DNA from: Saccostrea echinata
Lineage: Eukaryota
Assembly: GCF_033153115.1 (NCBI RefSeq)
Contig: NW_026889805.1
Location: 5,270,001 to 5,334,000, forward strand
DNA length: 64,000 nt
Direction: 5' to 3'
Shown: in pieces, positions 52,603 to 60,534 of the stretch
How the letters are laid out: the number at the start of each line of letters is the position of its first letter
How positions within the stretch are numbered: position 1 is the stretch's first letter
Translations under genes and position numbers: made by a program
The notes under the pieces: model-generated
What the model was told of the DNA's origin: nothing
What the model saw: only the letters and a program-made list of their open reading frames with translations
Databases searched by the model: none

Positions 52603-55600
52603 ATGTCTTCGGAAGCGTTTATTCCTGACTACGAAGAGGAGATGGAGTGTGATCATTTAAACATCGTCAACCTAGCACAGAAAGTGCAAGATAGATACAC
52701 GTCTATGCATAGTTCTGGATTTCGAGATTTTCTTTTGAGACCAGAACTCTTGCGAGCCATCAAAGACCGAGGTTATGAACACCCCTCTCAAGGTAAACCT
52801 CCAGAAAGGACTATAGTCATTCCATCCCTCTCAAGGTAAACCTCCAGGAAGGACTATACATGCGATGCTGTGAAGGAATGATGTATTGAGGTTCGAAAAA
52901 AACTAAGCATCGTTCACAAAGGAAAGACGTGTTCGAAACAGATTTTCTTGAGTGATGGTTCCTTTGGTTATACAGGAATAGAATGATTAAAATCATTACA
53001 AATAACAAGCCTTGAATGGTTAGTGAAATTTATACAGAATGGAGTGAGGGATTCAGTGACTGATTAACAGTACCGAGAAAAAGACTGTAAAATACAATTC
53101 AAGATTTGGAGCTGTCGAGCAAGTGCATTGTGTTTTTTTTTATGTATCTCGGATGCTTGAACTTTTTAATATTTTTCAGTGCAACATGAGTGTATACCAC
53201 AGGCCATTCTATCAATGGACGTTCTGTGTCAGGCAAAGTCAGGAATGGGAAAAACAGCAGTTTTTGTGCTCTCTACGCTCCAACAAATCAAAGAGTCGTG
53301 CGACAAGGTCAGTTTAGATCTATAATCAGAATAGTGTCGTTTATTAATTTCAATATCATTTTTTAACTTCAAACTGAAAATTAATAAACGACACCAGGTT
53401 GACAAAATTAAGACTTTGTGTACTCTGTCATTGTACTGACGAAGGAATAACTTATCCCTCTTATTAAAATTCTAGGTTTTGGTACTAGCCATTGCACACA
53501 CAAGGGAACTTGCCTACCAGATTGCCGATGAATACCAAGCCTTTTCAAAGTTTATGCCAGAGATAAAAGTTGCTGTTTTTTTCGGTGGTCTGTCCATTAA
53601 GAAAGACGAAGAGGTCCTTGCCAGAAACCAGCCGACCGTTGTGGTGGGAACCCCCGGTCGTCTGCTTGCTCTGGTGCAGAAACAGAAACTAAATCTTGAC
53701 AGCCTCCGTTATTTCATTGTGGACGAGTGTGACCAAGTCTTAAAGGAAAATGGTAAACGATATTGAAGTGTGGGAATTTAGGATAGGATATTAATCTTTT
53801 ATTATGGACAAACTTTTTTTGTGATACATAGTGTAGTTTTGGCAGAAACTGTGGATCTGTTGCAGGGATGAGGAAAGACGTACAGGCTATCTTCGTGAAA
53901 TCACCTTGTGATAAACAAGTAATGATGTTCAGTGCTACACTCAACAAAGACCTCAGAACTGTGTGCAGGCGATTTATGAATGATGTAATTATTTTCTCCC
54001 AATGCATTTCTGTTCTTTGTAATAATATATTTTTTGTTTGTGCTCATCTTTAATCATAGTTGTATAGACTATATCAAATGTGAAAGTTAAGGGAAAATCC
54101 TTAACTCTTCTGATGAGCTTAATGATAAAGCCTGAATAAGGAGGGGATTTTCATGCAGATCGATAGACATATCTGTAGTTTACTTGCACAATCATCAATA
54201 GCTTCCCTCTGGAGAAGAATGAAACGTCGTAGATATTGGACTGCTGAAACTGGATAAGACTTTAACATTGGAAAAGCTGCTTTCTGGCAATACAATGGAT
54301 TTCATTAAACTTACCAATTAACTTGTTCGGACTAAATTTTAATTTTTTAATTTGAATAATATATATGACTTCGGGGAATTAATGTGGAAGTCATTGATGA
54401 CATTTTATTTGGAGATGACCCCCCCCCCCCCCTGAAATTTTCATCGAGAAATTGTTCCTGTTCGCCCTTTGATGACAGTCGGATGGAAAAGGTGCGACCA
54501 GGGACAGGTGATTGTTTATGTTCCTGCATTATTTTTAGCCTATTGAAGTAACCATTGACGACGAATCTAACCTCACACTCCATGGACTACAACAATATTA
54601 TCTTACAATGGAAGAACATGAGAAGACAAGGAAACTTTGTGATCTGTTAGACCTGCTTGAATTCAACCAGGTATCTTTGATTGTTTATATGTCAGACACA
54701 GTTATCTTTGATTGTTTACATGTTAAACACAGAAGTACATCCAATCCTTGATTCTGTCCCCTTTCCTTCTAGGTAATCATATTTGTGAGTACTGTCAGTA
54801 GATGTCGAGCGTTAGCCGAGGTTCTACTGGCTCAGAATTTCCCTGTCCTGACAATCCACAGAGCTATGGAACAAACTGAAAGGTGACTTTTTACAAAACA
54901 TGTTACACTATCAAGTATCACTTACAATAGTTTTTTTTAAGTTTTATTCTTTTTACAACAATATCAGAAATAAATTCAAATATAGTTTAAATACAGCGGT
55001 AGTGAAGTTAAGAATGAATGTTTTACAGACTGGCACGGTATCAACAGTTCAAAGATTTCCAGAAGAGAATACTGGTGGCTACAAACTTGTTTGGCCGTGG
55101 AATGGACATTGAACGAGTTAATATTGTCATCAATTACGACACACCCGAAGATTCGGACTCGTATCTCCACAGGGTAGATAATATATGTACGCTTGTTTTG
55201 AACTTTGTTCTTGTTAATTATACCCAGTGTTAGACTCGGTGTAATGTTTAAGATCTATTTACAGGTGGGTAGAGCCGGTCGATTTGGAACAAAAGGACTG
55301 GCCATCACATTTGTTTCTGCTCAGTCAGACGCTACAGTTATGAATTCGGTACAAAACCGGTTTTCTGTAGGAATAGAAAAGATGCCAGTGGAGACTGACA
55401 TTTCTTCATACTGTAAGTTCTTTTACTTTCTCCTCTATAGATTGCATTTGTGAACATGTAAATTATTGGCTTTGCCTTGTTATGTGAAAATTGACAAAGT
55501 TTGCACATTCGCTTCATCCCCTGAGGTCTTGCTTTATTTTTTAGTGAACGAAACTGCATGAAATACGATGGAGTGTCGGTGAAAAGTTTCTCTAGTGTGT

Positions 55601-55803
55601 ATTGAAGAAGACTGCAAAAGTTGTGAAAATACCAAATGTGACACAAAACATTGTAAATACAATATATGTATATGATATATTAAAACGTGTTCTTGTAAAC
55701 AGATTATTGTTAATTGAGGTATACTATTAATGTAGTAATCAATGCTATTTGTAGAATAATTGTACTTTCAGTGGATAGGAACAACATGATTTTTTGTAAA
55801 TAA
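52603..55803 (+). CDS. DDX39: Divergent DDX39/UAP56 (BAT1/Sub2) DECD-box RNA helicase, ~426 aa, 9 coding exons
   Basis: Exons 52603-52792, 53180-53307, 53476-53752, 53866-53984, 54539-54670, 54773-54882, 55029-55173, 55265-55412, 55772-55803. Motifs [47 protein letters not shown] and [13 protein letters not shown] are present. Confidence 0.93.
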
Positions 55804-55980
55804 ATCTATCACTACATCTTTGTGTCCACTTTATACTACTACAGGTAACTCTTGCTGGCTCGAACCTCGATCTCTCGGAGTTCTTTATCGCTCGAAGTGA
55901 GTCTCCGGTCCCTATTTTTTCCTGCTAGATGAAATCCCGCGCAAGTATGAGGCGTCGTTTTGGTATTTATTGCCATTTAT

Positions 55981-56206
55981 TGATATCACCTATTCGGATA
56001 GGTGATATCACCTATACGAATAGGTGATATGACCTATTCGAATAGGTGATATCACTTATGCGAATAAGTGATATCACCTATTGGAAATGCTGAATAGGTG
56101 ATATCACCTATTCGAATAAATGATATCACCTTTTCGAATAAGTGATATCACCTATTCAATTTGAATAGGTGATATCACCAATTCGAATAGGTGATATCAC
56201 CTATTT
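55981..56206. repeat. Array of ~10 self-complementary 22-bp units
   Basis: Unit gatatcacctattcgaataggt with dyads at GATATC and TTCGAA. Confidence 0.9.
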
Positions 56207-56400
56207 GTATTTCTTACAAGAATAAATAATGAATGCTCCCTTCCTCAAGATTTCCATTGGAACCAAGCAAATTCGGGCTAGCCCATTTTCCCCTGTAATT
56301 GAGACATTTTAAATACCTTATGTTATCAACCCCTGTAAAGCTAGATAAATTTTATATATTATACCACGCTGGGGTACAACAGAGTGGCATACCTTTCTCT

Positions 56401-57485
56401 TTTTATTAGGTCATCTGAGTCACTCAGGTGACCTATTGCTATCCGTTTTTGTCCGTCGGCGTGCGTCGTGCGTAAACATTTGAACATTTTTAGCTTCTTC
56501 TCTGAAACCGCTTAACCAATTTCAACCAAATTTGGTATATAGCATGTATGGGAGAAGAGGAACAAAAATTGTGAATTTCCCCTGGGGCCTGAGGGGTGGG
56601 GCTAAAACCACCAAAATTAATGCAATCTTTAAAAATCTTCTTCTTTACTCCTGGACACCAAGCAGTCAAACTGTTGGCATGATTGTAATAAGCATTGAGT
56701 CTTCTACCAAAATTGTGAAATTCATGACCCCAGGGTCAGGGGTTCTGGTGCTAGGGTGGGGCTATATAGATCATATAGTGAAAGTGCATTATTTCTTTGA
56801 AAGTCTTCTTCTCTGCTCCTGGGTATTAAGTAAACTAACTAAGTACATAGTTATGATAAGCAAGAGTGCCTCTTTCAAAATTGTGAATTTCATGGCCCCA
56901 GGGTCAGGGGTTCTAGTGTTAGGGCGGGGCTCTATTGATTATATAGTGAAAATGCATCAATTCTTTGAAAATCTTTTTCTTTGCTCCTGGGTATTAAATA
57001 AAGTAACTAAGTACATAGTTATGATGAGTAAGAGTGCCTCTTCCAAAATTGTGAATTTCATGGCCCCTGGGTCAGGGGTTCTGGTGTCAGGGCGGGGCTC
57101 TATTGATTATATAGTGAAAATGCATTTATTCTTTGAAAATCTTCTTCTCTGCTCCTTGGTATTAAATAAAGTAACTAAGTACATAGTTATGATGAGCAAG
57201 AGTGCCTCTTCCAAAATTGTGAATTTCATGGTCCCAGGGTCAGGGGTTCTAGTGTTAGGGCGGGGCTCTATTGATTATATAGTGAAAAATGCATTAATTC
57301 ATTGAAAATCTTCTTCTCTGCGCCTGGGTATTAAATAAAGAAACTAAGTACATAGTTATGATGAGCAGGAGTGCCTCTTCCAAAATTGTGAATTTCATGA
57401 CCCCTGGGTCAGGGGTTCTAGTGTTAGGGCGGGGCTCTATTGATTATATAGTGTAAATGCATTAATTCTGTGAAAAATCTTCCAA
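56401..57485 (+). mobile_element. 3'-truncated HINE with 168-bp tandem repeats (~5-6 copies)
   Basis: Start ttttattaggtcatctgagtcactcaggtgacctattg plus a (cgtc/gtgc) microsatellite; period 168 (56876, 57044); a related end fragment lies at ~5400-5440. Confidence 0.85.
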
Positions 57486-58757
57486 AACCCAAGTACCTGT
57501 GTAAAAATTAGAATTTTAACGCCCTATGAATATGCCGAGTATTTGATACAAAAGACTATTGATTAAAGCACAAAATTTTACAGCTGTAATTGTAATTGAA
57601 CAATACCTTATTCATTAATTTTCTCTTTTTACGGAAGCAACTTTATTACGAATTAGTACAAATTGTACTTTGGGTTCGTTGTCACGATGCTCTCGATGCT
57701 ATATGATGTTCTAGAATCTCCCTTCAATATTCCGTCAATATTTAAGATCGGTGAATGACGAAAATAATTTGCACATTTCCCTTTTTAATCGGTTATCACA
57801 ACTTATTTCTTTTATATCATTTAAATCAAGTATTTTTGATTGAATAATTCAGTAATGATGTTTCATGAAAAAATAAACGATTTCTTGTTTTCAGTTTCAT
57901 TAAAAATTGCCAGTAACTTAGACCTGCCAATCGGAACCGCCACCGTACTCACGTTTTTGCTATTTCATGGCTGTTTATAGAAAATGAAAGTAGATTTTTA
58001 ATTTAATGTACGATATTTACTATGCGAATGAAATCTAAATATAGTTTACGGACATCATCTTGTATCTAGTGCACCCCTACTAATGTGTTCGGAACATTTT
58101 ATGTTTCGGTGTTCTGCAAATTATAAAATCCGAAGAGTTCGCAGTAGCTCTGGCGAGATCTAGCGAGACTACAACGAGATAAGGTAAATTATTCACGGAA
58201 ATATGGCTAGGAAGTGACTAGCACGTGGATACATGGTAAACAGAAAAGTTATCTTGAGTTTCACTTTTCACCACTGAATAGTATCTGTAGAATTATACTT
58301 CAATCTCTCTTAAATTCATTCAAACATCAATAAGTATTCCTCATGACATTATTTTCTGCATTTATGTCTTATAATTTCTTTTGGACAAACATGCTTGCAT
58401 GGGAACAGGGACAATATTTTATGGCGATAGAATAGCAAATTGGGTACCAATATAGCTTAATCTGAATGAGTTGAATTGCATTGTGGGTTACTACGGATAC
58501 TACAGGAATGTTACGCTTGAAAAATAAAAACAAGGCGATCGGAAAGACAAATAGAACATTTTTTCCATGCATTTTCATGCTGTCTATATTTTTATTATAT
58601 TATTTCCATGCTCACAATTACAGACAATTCATTAGTAATTAACATGTTAAATAAACAAGGAATTCTAGGTTTATCAAAGTCATACTGTAAGGCGATTTTC
58701 GTCTGCATTGCTTTGTTGTACTGTCGGTGAATACAATTGCCAGGTCACTGGTGAGTT

Positions 58758-58845
58758 CCCTGACCAAAAAGCACAGATGATCACGGATATTGTAATATGA
58801 TAAAAAAAACTTTGTCCCTGACCAAAAAGCACAGATGATCACGGG
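58758..58845. repeat. Short tandem duplication (~57-bp period)
   Basis: ccctgaccaaaaagcacagatgatcacgg occurs twice. Confidence 0.8.
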
Positions 58846-60065
58846 CATCGTAATAAAAAAAAAAACTTTGTTGTCCATTTAACTGTAAGGAATGCTGCTC
58901 GTTTTCCTTAACCTTGAAGCATGCACTAGTGTTCTGAACGTGGTACAGGCTACATTTTTTATATGCATTTTCTAGTTAACAACGTAACAACAAATTACAA
59001 ACTCCCGTGGCTTATCTTTCATAGTTTCTATACTCTTTATATTTTTCATATTAAGAATTTTTTAATTGGTCTTTTGCAATCCATTTAATATCGATCGTAG
59101 ATTGAGTTGAACCACGTGTTCGAAGTAAAATGTATAACCTATAGGTGCCAAGTTAACGTTGCTATTCATTCAATGACTGGTCAGTTGTTGGTGGTAAGAT
59201 CCTCTGTGCGTATTAATAACAAAAGCCATATAAGGTAAACAAAGGTTTGTCATATACATTTTTTTTTCTACAGCGTATCGGGCGATTTTGGAAAAAATTA
59301 ACACACTAAGCTCCAATTTTCGCCGTAAATTATCACAAAAGCGAAGATTAATTAAGTAGATTGTAATTTTTTTTTTAAAATCCCACCCATTTCTGTTTAA
59401 AATCTTGAAAATCTTTCAGAAAGTTTTTAAAAGAAACAGATTATAGCATTTTCCTGTTTACTGTCAATTTTATTTATAAAACCGGTTCTACCCTATAATC
59501 TTTGAATGGGTCAACCTACACCACGTGTCTTGAATTTAAATCACAATAACATTAGTAGGGGTGTAGTGTAAGTAAGAACTCTGGTGCACCCGCTTCGGAG
59601 TTTATTTGCAAAATTTATTAATTTATAAGTATAGATATTATGAAGCAAGTTTACTCTTAATCTCTCGAACTCATAATTTTTCGAAAATCTTGATCCCTCG
59701 ACGTCAAAATGCAGTCCCGATATATATGTACTAGTAATCTATTGGAATTCACCCTCGATACGTCTGGCTATGTGCAAGCGGTGACCGTGCACGAAAGCGT
59801 TACATAATTAACACCTTTAAACTGGACAGAGTTCGTGCCACAGGCACTTGTTTCATATATACGGGGCACCCTCTACTTATTTTTTACCACAAGGTACTTC
59901 ACTCAATTTCAGGCACCTCCACTTCAAGCTCGTATTTTGTTAATATATCAATCATTAGCCTACTTTAAAATGACATCGTTCGCTTGAGAAACTCTTGTCA
60001 ATTAAATCGTTTCAGACGTCTCTGGTCGAGCCTCTTTATTGTAAACCACTCATTTATTCCTTGAA

Positions 60066-60407
60066 AATTTAAAAATTTGACGAGACTTACCTTGGTTAAG
60101 TTGAAGTCAGATTGTAATTCTATGAGTCATTATAATTACTGTAGGGATTATGTGAGATAGTAGTACGCATGTGCAACCTCAGTCTTCAAACTTAATCATT
60201 TGGTCATAATGTAATCATTTTGTCAATGTACATAATTACCTAAATTATTATTACTTTTTGAATTATTGGTCTGATATGTATGAATATCTGAAAACCCTGT
60301 GCAGGGAGTGGTGGGAGGCACATAATCCCTACAGTAATTATAATGACTCATAGAATTACAATCTGACTTCAACTTAACCAAGGTAAGTCTCGTCAAATTT
60401 TTAAATT
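60066..60407. repeat. 89-bp perfect inverted repeat: DIRS ICR paired with the right terminal repeat
   Basis: 60066-60154 is the exact reverse complement of 60319-60407. The adjacent 60408-60452 (gctttgaagtctcacataattccggaagtaattatgacgaaatag on the element strand) is the expected other half of the ICR. Confidence 0.9.
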
Positions 60408-60534
60408 CTATTTCGTCATAATTACTTCCGGAATTATGTGAGACTTCAAAGCGCATTATGATCAAATGTTTCAAAACACAAGAAAAATACATGATCATAA
60501 TACTATTCTACTTACTGAGAACTTGTCTCCCACT

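Noticed and set aside
52860-53070. Box C/D snoRNA in DDX39 intron 1 (atgatgt ... tgactgat)
   Set aside because: The box-like words are too far apart, with no terminal stem or recognisable guide; the evidence is insufficient.
54452-54507. SECIS element
   Set aside because: It is intronic, lacks a proper non-Watson-Crick quartet and apical AA spacing, and there is no in-frame UGA in the host gene.
56532-57305. 257-aa ORF with 56-aa repeats
   Set aside because: It is a by-product of a 168-bp (3n) satellite unit inside a HINE; it has no domain features and the frame breaks in the next monomer.
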